Assembly: GCA_045591865.1 (NCBI GenBank)
Contig: JAZNTQ010000027.1
Coordinates: 1 to 51,857 of the forward strand
Direction of reading: 5' to 3'
Length of the DNA: 51,857 bases
From: Clostridia bacterium
Lineage (GTDB): Bacteria; Bacillota; Clostridia; UMGS1883
The notes below the pieces were generated by a model. That model did no database searches, was not told the origin of the DNA, and was given only the letters and a program-made list of their open reading frames with translations. A program made the translations under genes and the position numbers. Shown piece by piece: positions 1 to 9,846 of this stretch; within the stretch, counting starts at the first letter, position 1; the number at the start of each line of letters is the position of its first letter.

Positions 1-808
1 CGCCAATCTGTGTGTACGCCTCTATTCGAGCACCTTTTGATATAAAACTGTCTTTGCCTATATACACGGGAGGCACAATTACGCTCCCCTGCATTACTGT
101 AGCATTCTCGTCAATCCACACAGAAGGTGCCTTCTCCTCACAGGGAAAGGGAAGAGAAATTTTCTTATCCATAAAATCCCGATTGCATTTAAGATAGCTC
201 TGGAAATCGGATATATTTTTGATATAGCACTGCGGAGAATATGTCTTTACCTTTAATGAAGTACAAAGCTTCTCTGTAAGTGACTGGATATCCGTGCAGT
301 CAGGTACACTTGTTCCTTTAGGCACAATCATAATACCCATAAAGGAACTTCCCGTAGGATGAGCAAAGTCAGGGCATCTTTTATAGCTTGTCACACAAAG
401 GGAACTATCAGTATTGACACAGCCAAATTCTCCCTCGCTGTCAAGCTCTTTAGTGACAATTAAGGGTGCAGAATCAAAAGCACCCTTAAGCGAAGTTATA
501 TCTATATCGGTAAGGATAGAGTCGCTTAAGATGAGGGTATCATCTTCAAGGAAAATCGAATTAAGACTGTCTTGTGCCCCGAATGAGATTTTCATATCTG
601 CTATTTTGCAGGATGAGAAATGCTTTTTTATTTCTTCGGAGAGATAATCTGTACATATTGTCACATCGGTTATGTTGTGGCGGTTAAGAAGTCTCACCAT
701 ATGCTCTGCTATGGGCCGTCCCATAACAGGTAGCATAGCCTTTGGAATTGAGCAGGTAATGGGGCGCAGTCTGTTTCCCTCGCCCGAGGAAAGTATTATG
801 GCTTTCAA
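1..808 (-). CDS. Sugar-phosphate nucleotidyltransferase family protein; the 3' end runs off the window
   Basis: Absent from the ORF track because there is no stop in the window. My minus-strand translation from TTG (808-806) reads LKAIILSSGEGNRLRPITCSIPKAMLPVMGRP..., the GxGxRLxPxT nucleotidyltransferase signature. The frame stays open to position 1. The C-terminal part (IDENATVMQGSVIVPPVYIGKDSFISKGARI) looks like hexapeptide-repeat beta-helix. Confidence 0.7.
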   Translation of the reverse strand, partial: MKAIILSSGEGNRLRPITCSIPKAMLPVMGRPIAEHMVRLLNRHNITDVTICTDYLSEEIKKHFSSCKIADMKISFGAQDSLNSIFLEDDTLILSDSILTDIDITSLKGAFDSAPLIVTKELDSEGEFGCVNTDSSLCVTSYKRCPDFAHPTGSSFMGIMIVPKGTSVPDCTDIQSLTEKLCTSLKVKTYSPQCYIKNISDFQSYLKCNRDFMDKKISLPFPCEEKAPSVWIDENATVMQGSVIVPPVYIGKDSFISKGARIEAYTQIG

Positions 809-822
809 AATATAAACACTCC

Positions 823-1494
823 TTATTTTTCGGAAATTTGTAAAACGATTTCATTTTCGTCAGTCACACTTAAGAAACTGACCTCGCTGTAATTTTTTAT
901 GTTGTATCTGGAAAGCTTCTTCTGAAGCCATTTTTCACTTAGTCCCGCACCTCTTAAATTTTCTTCGCGAAGAACTCCGTCTGAAATGATTGTGTGCGGA
1001 ACGTGTGTCTGTGGAGGAGAAAGCCCCAAATCACTGCATATGACGGGACGCTCTGATTCCACGGGGATTATTGAGAGCTGACCATTTGTTTCTATAATGG
1101 CACTGTCAATTTGGGAAATTGAGCTATACCCCGCAAGACGGAGCTGTTCCATAACGTCGTCTACGCAAATGCGTAATTTTGCAAGTCTTTTCATTATGAT
1201 TTTTCCGTCTTTTATTATCTGTATGGGTGAGCCTGTGATAATTTTTCGCATCAGCTCACTTTTTATAACTAAAACTGAAAAGATAAGCTCCATCAGTACA
1301 AGTGCAACAATAGGGATTATACCCCGAATGAGAGCCACATCTTTTTCACCGAGTGGGATTGAGGCGAGGTCTGAAATCATAAGCGCAACTACAAATTCAG
1401 AAGGCTGAAGCTCTCCAAGCTGACGCTTTCCCATAATTCGCATTGCAGTAACAACGCATAAATATAGAACTATTGTACGCAAAAACAAACTCAA
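823..1494 (-). CDS. DUF421/YetF-family membrane protein
   Basis: 223 aa. Two to three N-terminal TM helices are followed by the motif GKRQLGELQPSEFVVALMISDLAS and a C-terminal soluble domain, typical of the YetF/YdfS family. TTG start, with AAAGGAG 9 nt upstream. Confidence 0.7.
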   Translation of the reverse strand: MSLFLRTIVLYLCVVTAMRIMGKRQLGELQPSEFVVALMISDLASIPLGEKDVALIRGIIPIVALVLMELIFSVLVIKSELMRKIITGSPIQIIKDGKIIMKRLAKLRICVDDVMEQLRLAGYSSISQIDSAIIETNGQLSIIPVESERPVICSDLGLSPPQTHVPHTIISDGVLREENLRGAGLSEKWLQKKLSRYNIKNYSEVSFLSVTDENEIVLQISEK

Positions 1495-1531
1495 TCATAT
1501 GCACTCCTTTGAGGAGTAGTATTTGTAAAAT

Positions 1532-1568
1532 AAAAAAAGAAATTCCCAAATTGAGAATTTCTTTTTTT
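1532..1568 (-). terminator. Intrinsic terminator after the topoisomerase B gene
   Basis: Stem aaaagaaattc (1535-1545) pairs with gaatttctttt (1555-1565). It is flanked by an A-run and a T-run, so it could act in both directions. Confidence 0.5.
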
Positions 1569-1581
1569 GTTTTATGTTGTT

Positions 1582-3564
1582 TTAACTTACATCAGTCATA
1601 TCGATGTAAAGTTTGCCGTTTTCTGCAATAAATTCTTTTCTTCCCTGAAGATTGTCGCCTAAGAGAAGGTCAAAAGTTGCCGCCATTTTTTCAGGGTCTT
1701 CACTTGTTACCTTTATAAGCCTTCTTGTTTCGGGATTCATAGTAGTCTGCCACATCATTTCAGGCTGGTTTTCACCAAGACCTTTACTGCGCTGAATACT
1801 TACGCCCCTCTCGGGAAGATTAGCGAGAATTTCCGCCTTTTCTCTTTCGTTGTACGCAAAGTAGGAATTATCCTTATGCGTAATTTCAAAAAGGGGAGAT
1901 TCAGCGATAAATACCTTGCCCTCATCAATAAGAGTGGGAACAAGGCGGTAGAGCATTGTAAGAATAAGTGTACGAATCTGGAAACCGTCGACATCGGCAT
2001 CGGTACATATTATAACCTTGTCCCAACGAAGATTGTTGATGTCGAAGGCGTTCATATCCTTATTATGCTTTGTGTGTATTTCCACGCCACAACCGAGAAC
2101 TTTAAGAAGGTCGGTTATAATTTCGCTTTTGAAAATCTTTTCAAAATCTGCCTTAAGGCAGTTAAGAATTTTGCCTCGTACGGGAATAATAGCCTGAAAC
2201 TCTGCATCTCTGCCGAGCTTACAGGCACCAAGTGCACTGTCACCCTCAACTATATAAAGCTCCCTTTTGGATATGTCCTTCGTTCTGCAATCAACAAATT
2301 TCTGCACGCGGTTTGTCACGTCCATTGTGCCCGTAAGTTTTTTCTTGATGTTTGCACGTGTTTTTTCAGCCGTTTCACGGCTGCGCTTGTTGAGAAGCAC
2401 CTGATTTGATATTTTTTCCGCTTCAGGGCGATTTTCAATAAAGAATATTTCAAGATTTTTGCGGAGGAATTCTGTCATAGCCTCCTGAATAAACTTGTTT
2501 GTGATACTCTTTTTAGTCTGGTTTTCATAGCTTACAACGGTTGAAAAACAGTTCGTTACAAGAATTAAACTGTCAGAAATGTCGTTGAATGTAATTTTTG
2601 ACTCATTCTTATTATATTTATTATTCTGCTTGATATATGAATCAACTGCACTTACAAGAGCGCTTCTTGCCGCCTTATCAGGCGCACCGCCGTGCTCAAG
2701 ATAGCTAGAGTTATGGTAATATTCAATAAGCTGAACATCGTTTGAAAAAGCAAACGCGGCACTCATCTTTACCTTGTAGTCCCTCATATCCTCTCGGTCA
2801 CGGCCTGTGTTTTCGCCCTCGCAGAAAGAAGTGTGGGAAATACGCTTTTCATCCTCGGGACAAAGCTCGTTGATGTAGTCGACAATGCCGTTGTCATAGC
2901 GGAACTCGTGCTTTTTAACTTCGCTTCCATCGTGGTAGTTAAGCTTGAATGTGAGGCCTGCATTTACGACCGCCTGTCTCTTGAGTGACTCAATGAAGAA
3001 CTCAAGAGGAATATTTATATCGGTGAAAACCTTAAGGTCAGGACGCCACTTTATTGTAGTACCCGTTGAACGATACTTCTTCTCTTCTTTATACAGACCG
3101 CCGACATTTTCACCCTGCTCAAAATAGAGCGTGTGCTCATATCCGTCACGGTTGACGGTAACATTCATATATTCTGCGCTGTACTGCGTAGCACAAAGAC
3201 CAAGACCGTTAAGACCTATTGCATAACCATAGTTTCCGTCGTTTTCCTTATCGTACTTACCGCCTGCGTAAAGCTCACAGAAAACAAGCTCCCAGTTATA
3301 CTTTTCCTCTTCCGGATTCCAGTCAAGGGGAATTCCGCGTCCATAGTCCTTTACCTCGATTGACATATCGTTAAAACGGGTAACTTCAATAACTTTTCCG
3401 TAGCCCTCTTTAGCTTCGTCGATAGAGTTTGAAACTATTTCAAATACGCTGTGCTCACAGCCCTCAAGTCCGTCGGAACCGAAAATAACCCCGGGTCTTT
3501 TGCGGACACGGTCAGCCCCCTTAAGGGCGGTTATACTTTCGTTGCCGTAGGTTTTTTTAGCCAT
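1582..3564 (-). CDS. Type IIA DNA topoisomerase B subunit (GyrB/ParE family, probably ParE-like)
   Basis: 660 aa. GHKL ATPase N-terminus (LKGADRVRKRPGVIFGS, EIVSNSIDEA, GRGIP), Toprim region (ELYIVEGDSA, TDADVDGFQIRTL) and a QRSKGLGE tail motif. Confidence 0.85.
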   Translation of the reverse strand: MAKKTYGNESITALKGADRVRKRPGVIFGSDGLEGCEHSVFEIVSNSIDEAKEGYGKVIEVTRFNDMSIEVKDYGRGIPLDWNPEEEKYNWELVFCELYAGGKYDKENDGNYGYAIGLNGLGLCATQYSAEYMNVTVNRDGYEHTLYFEQGENVGGLYKEEKKYRSTGTTIKWRPDLKVFTDINIPLEFFIESLKRQAVVNAGLTFKLNYHDGSEVKKHEFRYDNGIVDYINELCPEDEKRISHTSFCEGENTGRDREDMRDYKVKMSAAFAFSNDVQLIEYYHNSSYLEHGGAPDKAARSALVSAVDSYIKQNNKYNKNESKITFNDISDSLILVTNCFSTVVSYENQTKKSITNKFIQEAMTEFLRKNLEIFFIENRPEAEKISNQVLLNKRSRETAEKTRANIKKKLTGTMDVTNRVQKFVDCRTKDISKRELYIVEGDSALGACKLGRDAEFQAIIPVRGKILNCLKADFEKIFKSEIITDLLKVLGCGVEIHTKHNKDMNAFDINNLRWDKVIICTDADVDGFQIRTLILTMLYRLVPTLIDEGKVFIAESPLFEITHKDNSYFAYNEREKAEILANLPERGVSIQRSKGLGENQPEMMWQTTMNPETRRLIKVTSEDPEKMAATFDLLLGDNLQGRKEFIAENGKLYIDMTDVS

Positions 3565-3579
3565 CTGGATATCCTCCGT

Positions 3580-4431
3580 TTATTTGTTTTGTATCTCGGC
3601 CGCTTTTAAAGTGTTTTTCATAAGCATTGCAATTGTCATAGGTCCAACTCCGCCAGGAACGGGAGTGATTGCGCTTGCAATCTCGCTTACGCTATCGTAA
3701 TCAACGTCACCGCAAAGCTTTCCATTTTCGTCGCGGTTCATACCAACGTCAATTACTATTGCGCCATCCTTAACCATATCTGCAGTTATGAACTTTGCCT
3801 TACCTACTGCCGCAACGAGAATATCAGCACGTTTACAAACCTCTTTAAGATTTTTAGTTCTGCTGTGACAGATTGTAACTGTGCCATTTTCGTGGAGAAG
3901 AAGCATAGCTTGAGGCTTGCCCACAATATTGCTTCTGCCGACAACTACGCACTCTTTTCCGCAAACATCAATATTTGTAAGTCGGATAAGCTCCATAACG
4001 CCTGCAGGTGTGCAGGGAAGGAAGTCGAAATTACCAATCATAATTTTACCCACGTTTACGGGATGGAATGCGTCAACATCCTTTTCAGGACGGATGGAAA
4101 GAAGTACCTTTTCGCTGTCAATACCCTTTGGGAGGGGAAGCTGTACCAAAATTCCGTTGATTTCCTTTTTGTTGTTGAGCGTACCTATAAGTGCGAGAAG
4201 CTCTTCCTCGGTAGTTTCTTCGGGAAGTGCGTATTCTTCAGAATAAAATCCGCATTCTTCGCACGCCTTCTTTTTATTATTTACATAAACTCGGCTTGCG
4301 CTGTCATTACCCACGATAATTACTGCAAGACCTGGGTTAATGCCTTCTGCCTTTAACTCCTCTGTTCTTTTTCGAAGGTCCTCCTTGATTCTGATTGAAA
4401 GTTCTTTTCCGTTTAATATCTGTGCTGCCAT
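3580..4431 (-). CDS. folD: Bifunctional methylene-THF dehydrogenase / methenyl-THF cyclohydrolase
   Basis: 283 aa. ILNGKELS...[22 protein letters not shown]..., [29 protein letters not shown] lies upstream of the ATG at 4431. Confidence 0.95.
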   Translation of the reverse strand: MAAQILNGKELSIRIKEDLRKRTEELKAEGINPGLAVIIVGNDSASRVYVNNKKKACEECGFYSEEYALPEETTEEELLALIGTLNNKKEINGILVQLPLPKGIDSEKVLLSIRPEKDVDAFHPVNVGKIMIGNFDFLPCTPAGVMELIRLTNIDVCGKECVVVGRSNIVGKPQAMLLLHENGTVTICHSRTKNLKEVCKRADILVAAVGKAKFITADMVKDGAIVIDVGMNRDENGKLCGDVDYDSVSEIASAITPVPGGVGPMTIAMLMKNTLKAAEIQNK

Positions 4432-6229
4432 TTATGTTTCTCCTTTCAGGTTTTATAAGACATTCTGCGCCGAAACCTATAAGGTCAGCTCTTCCTGCCT
4501 TTACAAGTGCTTCCTGCACCAATTTGTAATTTTCTTTTCTCGACGACTGCAGGAGTGCTCGCTGAAGTGCTTTTTCGTGAGCGTCACGCGGGACGTAAAC
4601 CTTTTTCATTGTCCTCGGGTCAAGACCCGTGTAGAACATCGCAGTCGAAAGCGTTCCCGGGGTGGGGTAGAAGTCCTGTACCTGCTCGGGACGGATATTA
4701 TTTTTCTTAAGATACACCGCAAGCTCTATAGCATCACGCAGAGTGCTTCCAGGGTGGCTTGACATCAGGTATGGAACAAGATACTGCTCCTTGCCGATTT
4801 CTTTATTTATGTCGTAGAATTTGCGGCAGAATTTTTCGTAAACCTTTACGCCCGGTTTTCCCATATAGTGAAGCACATTACTGCTTATATGCTCTGGAGC
4901 AACCTTGAGCTGACCGCTTACGTGGTGCTCACAAAGCTCATAAAAGAAAGTATCGTCCTTATCCGCTATAAGATAATCGTAGCGAATACCGCTTCTGATA
5001 AAAACCTTTTTAACCTTGGGTAGTGCGCGGAGCTTTCGGAGCAGCTCAAGGTAGTCCTTATGACTTACCTCTGCATTAGGGCATACCGAAGGGTAAAGAC
5101 ATTGCTTGTCACGACACGTACCGCTTTTAAGCTGCTTTTTGCACGAAGGCGCACGGAAGTTTGCAGTAGGTCCTCCGACGTCGTGAATATATCCCTTAAA
5201 ATCCTTATCCCATATGAGCTTCTGCGCTTCTGCAAGAATTGATGCCTGGCTTCTTGCCTGAACGACTCTTCCCTGATGGAAAGTAAGCGCACAGAATGAG
5301 CAACTGCCAAAGCAACCTCTCGAGGATGTTATTGAAAACTTAACTTCTTCAAGCGCAGGCACACCGCCGTCCTTGTCATATGAGGGGTGCCATGCGCGCA
5401 TATAGTTAAGTGAATAAACCTTGTCCATCTCCTTCTGTGAGAGAGGCATAGCCTGGGGAAGCTGAACGAGATACCTGTCCCCGTGCTGCTGCACAAGTGT
5501 CTTTCCACGGATTGCGTCCTGCTCGTAATACTGCGTAGCTGCCGCCTTTGCATAGCTTTCTTTATCCTCACTCACTTTTTCAAAAGAGGGGAGAGTGATA
5601 GAATTTTTAGGAACCTTATCAGAAATATAGCAAGTGCCGTGAATATTTGTTATTCGATTTACAGGGATAGCATCAGAAAGCTTTTCGGCAATAGCAAGGA
5701 GTGTGCGTTCTCCCATGCCGAAAACGAGAAGGTCAGCACCGCTGTCGACCAAAATACTGCGGCGCACCTTATCCTGCCAGTAATCGTAGTGGGCAAATCG
5801 GCGTAAACTTGCCTCCGTGCCGCCAATGATTACAGGAATATTTCCAAATGCCGCGCGCGCCATATTTGAATATACTATAACGCATCTGTCGGGGCGAAGC
5901 CCTGCCTTGCCGCCTGGTGAATAGACATCAGACGAACGCCTTTTTTTTGATGCGGTATAGTGATTTACCATTGAATCTATAACGCCGCCCGAAATCAGGA
6001 CTCCAAGACGCGGCACTCCGTATTTTGAAAGAGCCTCGGGGTCGTTTCTGTCGGGTTGGGAACATATGCAGACTCTGTATCCGTTTGCCTCAAGAAGCCT
6101 TGCAAGAAGACTCGTGCCGAAAGACGGGTGGTCTACATAAGCATCTCCTGATATAAATAAAAAGTCGTAATAATCCCAACCTAAATTATCCATATCCGAT
6201 TTTGAAATCGGTAAAAAAACATTACTCAT
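4337..6229 (-). CDS. YgiQ-family (UPF0313) radical SAM protein
   Basis: 630 aa. The N-terminus ([34 protein letters not shown]) is characteristic of YgiQ. Radical-SAM cluster region [14 protein letters not shown]. Basic low-complexity C-terminal tail. Confidence 0.85.
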   Translation of the reverse strand: MSNVFLPISKSDMDNLGWDYYDFLFISGDAYVDHPSFGTSLLARLLEANGYRVCICSQPDRNDPEALSKYGVPRLGVLISGGVIDSMVNHYTASKKRRSSDVYSPGGKAGLRPDRCVIVYSNMARAAFGNIPVIIGGTEASLRRFAHYDYWQDKVRRSILVDSGADLLVFGMGERTLLAIAEKLSDAIPVNRITNIHGTCYISDKVPKNSITLPSFEKVSEDKESYAKAAATQYYEQDAIRGKTLVQQHGDRYLVQLPQAMPLSQKEMDKVYSLNYMRAWHPSYDKDGGVPALEEVKFSITSSRGCFGSCSFCALTFHQGRVVQARSQASILAEAQKLIWDKDFKGYIHDVGGPTANFRAPSCKKQLKSGTCRDKQCLYPSVCPNAEVSHKDYLELLRKLRALPKVKKVFIRSGIRYDYLIADKDDTFFYELCEHHVSGQLKVAPEHISSNVLHYMGKPGVKVYEKFCRKFYDINKEIGKEQYLVPYLMSSHPGSTLRDAIELAVYLKKNNIRPEQVQDFYPTPGTLSTAMFYTGLDPRTMKKVYVPRDAHEKALQRALLQSSRKENYKLVQEALVKAGRADLIGFGAECLIKPERRNINGSTDIKRKRTFNQNQGGPSKKNRGVKGRRH

Positions 6230-6390
6230 AGTTCTAATCCCTCAATATTGTATTATAATATAATGTAGGTTTTTTTTCAAGGAAAATATTTGTGCCGAAT
6301 TGACCATGAAAAAATCCTGAAAAATACCTTTTTTGCATCAAAATGTTACATAATAGTTAATTCTTATGCAAAGAAAGACAAATAAACCCT

Positions 6391-6419
6391 TTGCAAAGAA
6401 CTGGAAAAATATGTAAAAT
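6391..6419 (+). promoter_or_regulatory. Sigma-A type promoter for the small ORF
   Basis: TTGCAA (6391-6396), 17-nt spacer, TAAAAT (6414-6419). Confidence 0.4.
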
Positions 6420-6495
6420 CTATATGATAAAAGGGTGTAAAAAAGTGCCTATTGAATTTAGCTTTTATAAAAAGTAAAATTAAAAAAGAGAGGGA

Positions 6496-6807
6496 GTGCA
6501 AAATGTGGAGAAAACAAAATACACCGCGCAGAAAGAAGTGCAAAGCGAAGACGGAGACAAGATTTATCTGTGCTATTTTATAACAGAAAGCGGAAATGAA
6601 AGCGCAGTAAAAAGATATGGCGTAGGGATAGATATGTACACGCAGACGGCGCATCAGCGGACGGAAAAGGAGAGTAAAAGTGCAGTCGGGATTTTCAAGA
6701 CGAAAGGTGAGGCACAGCTTTTTATAAATATGCTATCAGAGGGAAGTGTCACCCCCACTACACTGCTTGATATCGTGGAGGATAATATAGCCTCTTTCAC
6801 AGCCTGA
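6496..6807 (+). CDS. Small hypothetical protein (about 100 aa)
   Basis: ORF with its own promoter and an AGAGGGAG SD. The GTG at 6505 is better spaced from the SD than the GTG at 6496. The composition is non-repetitive, with a C-terminal SEGSVTPTTLLDIVEDNI motif. No function recognised. Confidence 0.5.
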   Translation: MQNVEKTKYTAQKEVQSEDGDKIYLCYFITESGNESAVKRYGVGIDMYTQTAHQRTEKESKSAVGIFKTKGEAQLFINMLSEGSVTPTTLLDIVEDNIASFTA

Positions 6808-6837
6808 TAAAAACTTTCAAAAAATAGAAAAAAACAC

Positions 6838-6866
6838 TTGCATTTGGAAAAATAGTGTGATATAGT
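6838..6866 (+). promoter_or_regulatory. Sigma-A promoter of rplS
   Basis: TTGCAT (6838-6843), 17-nt spacer, TG-n-TATAGT (6858-6866), i.e. an extended -10. Confidence 0.55.
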
Positions 6867-6956
6867 AGTCGGGTAAAAAGCGGTCCTCTGCATTTCTTTC
6901 GTAAGAACGCTTTATTTTTACCGTCATAAAGGCGGGTTATGAAAGGAGAGATTTGA

Positions 6957-7298
6957 GTGGACGTTTTAAAGGCGATTACTCAGGAACAGATCAGAACTGA
7001 CCTTCCCAAGCTTGAAATCGGTGATTACGTAAAGCTTTACGTAAAGGTTAAGGAAGGTGCAAAGGAAAGACTTCAGATGTTTGAGGGTACCGTTATCTCC
7101 AAGAAGCATGGCGGAATTCAGGAAACATTTACTGTAAGACGTCTTTCATACGGTGTCGGTGTTGAAAGAACATTCCCTGTTAATTCACCCAGCCTTGATC
7201 ACATCGAGGTTGTAAGACACGGTAAGGTTAAGCGTGCTAAACTGTACTATCTGCGTGACAGAGTTGGTAAGGCAGCTAAAGTTAAGGAAAGACTTTAA
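6957..7298 (+). CDS. rplS: 50S ribosomal protein L19
   Basis: 113 aa. [38 protein letters not shown]...FTVRR...[11 protein letters not shown] matches L19. GTG start after AAAGGAGAG. Confidence 0.97.
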   Translation: MDVLKAITQEQIRTDLPKLEIGDYVKLYVKVKEGAKERLQMFEGTVISKKHGGIQETFTVRRLSYGVGVERTFPVNSPSLDHIEVVRHGKVKRAKLYYLRDRVGKAAKVKERL

Positions 7299-7368
7299 TA
7301 GTCAGGTAAGAGGGAGTCTGTCACAAAGGCAGATTCCCTTTTTCATTTCCTGAAAGGAGAATTTAAAA

Positions 7369-7953
7369 ATGGAAGAAAAAAACTTTAATATAGAAGAAAA
7401 TGAAGAAATAGTGGGGGAAACTTCCTCTAAAAAAAGCCTCAAAAATGAAATTATAGAATGGGTGCAGGCAATTGTGATTGCAGTTGTGCTTGCTCTTTTA
7501 ATACGTAATTTTGTATTTACAGTTGTGCGTGTGGACGGGCAGTCAATGGAGCCTACCTATCAGCACAACGACCGTCTTATTGTATGGCGCCTTGGCTACG
7601 AGCCTGAAAATGGTGATATCGTAGTATTCAATCCCCCAGGAAAAGACGAAAGTGTTTTCTGGATAAAGAGAGTAATCGCCACCGAGGGTCAGCACGTTGA
7701 AATCGACTACAATACAAACAGTGTGTATGTCGACGGCGAGAAAATCGATGAGCCATATCTTGGAGAGCAGATGCTTGAAAAACCGTATCTCACCATAAAA
7801 GAGCTTGATGTACCCGAGGATTGTGTATTCGTGTTGGGAGACAACCGAAATAATTCTACCGACGGCAGAGTAATAGGCCCTGTAAATGAGGAGCACGTTA
7901 TAGGAAAGGCAGTGCTTCGCTTCTGGCCTTTCACAAAAATTAAAACCTATTAA
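7369..7953 (+). CDS. lepB: Signal peptidase I
   Basis: 194 aa. One TM helix, then the catalytic boxes VDGQSMEPT, GDIVVF, IKRVIA and VLGDNRNNSTDGR. Confidence 0.9.
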   Translation: MEEKNFNIEENEEIVGETSSKKSLKNEIIEWVQAIVIAVVLALLIRNFVFTVVRVDGQSMEPTYQHNDRLIVWRLGYEPENGDIVVFNPPGKDESVFWIKRVIATEGQHVEIDYNTNSVYVDGEKIDEPYLGEQMLEKPYLTIKELDVPEDCVFVLGDNRNNSTDGRVIGPVNEEHVIGKAVLRFWPFTKIKTY

Positions 7954-7984
7954 AAACACGAGAACATTGAAAGGAGGATGCAAA

Positions 7985-8824
7985 ATGAATATTCAGTGGT
8001 TCCCCGGTCATATGACGAAAACCAAGCGTATGATTGCAGAGCACATCCGTCTTTGCGACTGCGTGATAGAGCTTTGCGATGCAAGGTGTCCCCAGAGCAG
8101 CCGCAATCCCTTGCTTCCTTCTCTCATTGGAAATAAAAAGCTTCTTTTAGTTATCAACAAGAGCGACATTGCAGACCCTGTCCAGACGCAAAAGTGGATA
8201 GAGCGCTTCAAAAAAGAGGGCATAATGGCAATTGCCTTGAATTGTAATGATGCAAAGGGAATAGGCAAGGTTTTTGACGCGGTAAAGGAGCTTCTTAAGG
8301 AAAAAACAGAGCGCGACAAGGCTCGCGGTTACGTAAATAAGCCTGCCAGAGTTATGGTATGCGGAATACCTAATGTCGGAAAAAGCTCGTTTATAAATAA
8401 GCTCTACGGGAAAACTGCTGCAAAGGCAGGAGACCGCCCGGGTGTAACAAGGGGTAAGCAGTGGATAACCCTCAAAAACGGAATGGAGCTACTCGACACC
8501 CCGGGAATTTTGTGGCCCAAATTTGAGGACAAGGATGTTGCACTTCGTCTTGCATTCACGGGCGCTATAAAAGATGATGTGCTTGATGTTGAAGAGCTTT
8601 GCTCACACCTTTGCTCATATATGGCAGAAAACTACCCCGAAAGACTTGCAGAGCGCTACAAAGTGGAGCTTTCTGAAGGACTTTCAGGCTATGATATACT
8701 TACGCTCATTTCAAGAAAACGCGGATTTATATTAAAGGGCAACGAGGTAGATACCCTCCGCGGAGCAAACGTTGTGCTTGACGAATTCCGCGCAGCAAAG
8801 CTAGGCAGAATAACGCTTGAATAG
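7985..8824 (+). CDS. rbgA: Ribosome biogenesis GTPase A (YlqF/RbgA)
   Basis: MNIQWFPGHMTKTKR..., circularly permuted GTPase motifs (NKSDI, GIPNVGKSSFIN, DTPG). Start re-set to the ATG at 7985, downstream of GAAAGGAGGA. The track ORF starts at TTG 7967. Confidence 0.9.
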   Translation: MNIQWFPGHMTKTKRMIAEHIRLCDCVIELCDARCPQSSRNPLLPSLIGNKKLLLVINKSDIADPVQTQKWIERFKKEGIMAIALNCNDAKGIGKVFDAVKELLKEKTERDKARGYVNKPARVMVCGIPNVGKSSFINKLYGKTAAKAGDRPGVTRGKQWITLKNGMELLDTPGILWPKFEDKDVALRLAFTGAIKDDVLDVEELCSHLCSYMAENYPERLAERYKVELSEGLSGYDILTLISRKRGFILKGNEVDTLRGANVVLDEFRAAKLGRITLE

Positions 8825-8832
8825 GAGAGAGT

Positions 8833-9456
8833 ATGAAGGACGAAGAACTTTTAAGACTTAACTCAATGTGGGAAATCGAAAAATCCCTCTGCGAAAAAGG
8901 ATATAGTATAATCGTGGGAGTTGACGAAGCAGGACGAGGACCCCTTGCCGATGAGGTTTACGCAGCGGCAGTAGTTCTTCCCGAGGGTGTGCTTATTGAG
9001 GGGCTTAACGATTCGAAAAAGCTTTCCGAGAAAAAGCGCGAAAAGCTCTTTGATGAAATAAAAGAGGTCGCTACTGCCTACGCAGTTGCAACTGCAAGCG
9101 TCGCGGAAATTGATGAGTTCAATATAAGAAATGCAACCTATATCGCGATGAACAGAGCTATTGAGGCGCTTAATATAAAGCCCGATTATGTAATCGTGGA
9201 CGGAGACTGCATAAAGGAGTGCAATTATCCGCACGAATGTGTAGTCAAGGGCGATGCAAAGAGTATGAGTATTGCGGCAGCTTCAATTATTGCAAAGGTT
9301 TCAAGAGACCGTCATATGATGGAAATGGCGCGAAAGTATCCGCAGTATGGCTTTGAAAAGCACAAAGGCTATGGAACGAAGGCTCATATTGAAGCGTTGA
9401 AGGAGTTTGGTCCGTGTGAAATTCATAGAAAAACTTTTATCAAAAAATTCGTATAA
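8833..9456 (+). CDS. rnhB: Ribonuclease HII
   Basis: 207 aa. GVDEAGRGPLA, DSKKLSEKKRE, VDGD, IAAASIIAKV, HRKTF. Confidence 0.93.
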   Translation: MKDEELLRLNSMWEIEKSLCEKGYSIIVGVDEAGRGPLADEVYAAAVVLPEGVLIEGLNDSKKLSEKKREKLFDEIKEVATAYAVATASVAEIDEFNIRNATYIAMNRAIEALNIKPDYVIVDGDCIKECNYPHECVVKGDAKSMSIAAASIIAKVSRDRHMMEMARKYPQYGFEKHKGYGTKAHIEALKEFGPCEIHRKTFIKKFV

Positions 9457-9838
9457 TAAAGAAAAAAAGACGGCAGTTTCCATAGGCGTACTCGGTGAGG
9501 AAGCTGCCGCTTTGGCACTCCGAAAAAAAGGCTATAAGATAATAGAGAGAAACTACCGCTCAAAAATGGGCGAAATTGATATAATAGCAAAAGACGGGCA
9601 GTACACCTGCTTTGTTGAGGTGAGACTCAGGAAAAACAATAGTTTCGGCTCGCCTGCGGACAGTATCAATGAAGGAAAGCGCCAGAGAATTATAAGAACT
9701 GCGCAATTATATGCGATAGAGAAAGGCATCTTTGATACGCCTATGCGCTTTGATGTTGTTTTGATAAATGCAGTTGCAGAGGAAAATGGTTTGAAAAATG
9801 TCCGTCTGGAAATTATAAAAGATGCATTCAGATTGTGA
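9407..9838 (+). CDS. YraN-family (UPF0102) endonuclease-like protein
   Basis: GEEAAALALRKKGYKIIERNYRSKMGEIDIIAKDG...FVEVRLRKN...S matches the YraN fold. The start is uncertain: TTG 9407, or GTG 9416 which is better spaced from AAGGAG. It overlaps the rnhB 3' end. Confidence 0.75.
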   Translation: MVRVKFIEKLLSKNSYNKEKKTAVSIGVLGEEAAALALRKKGYKIIERNYRSKMGEIDIIAKDGQYTCFVEVRLRKNNSFGSPADSINEGKRQRIIRTAQLYAIEKGIFDTPMRFDVVLINAVAEENGLKNVRLEIIKDAFRL

Positions 9839-9846
9839 GGAAGGCT

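Noticed and set aside
1876-2409. 177-aa + strand ORF inside the topoisomerase B gene. The same pattern recurs at 3865-4356, 5483-5806, 10987-11604, 35244-35780, 41287-41676, 46255-46776 and 50088-50630.
   Set aside because: All lie antisense or out of frame within genes that have strong motif support, lack SD sequences and have odd composition. They are shadow ORFs.
6364-6654. 96-aa minus-strand ORF in the ygiQ-rplS gap.
   Set aside because: It is Phe/Leu/Ile-rich from AT-rich DNA, overlaps the promoter and 5' part of the better-supported + strand small ORF, and has no SD.
6856-6866. The same 12-mer, gtgtgatatagt, occurs in the rplS promoter and in the cassette promoter (14801-14812).
   Set aside because: It is just the extended -10 (TGnTATAGT) plus two bases, too short to indicate a repeat element.
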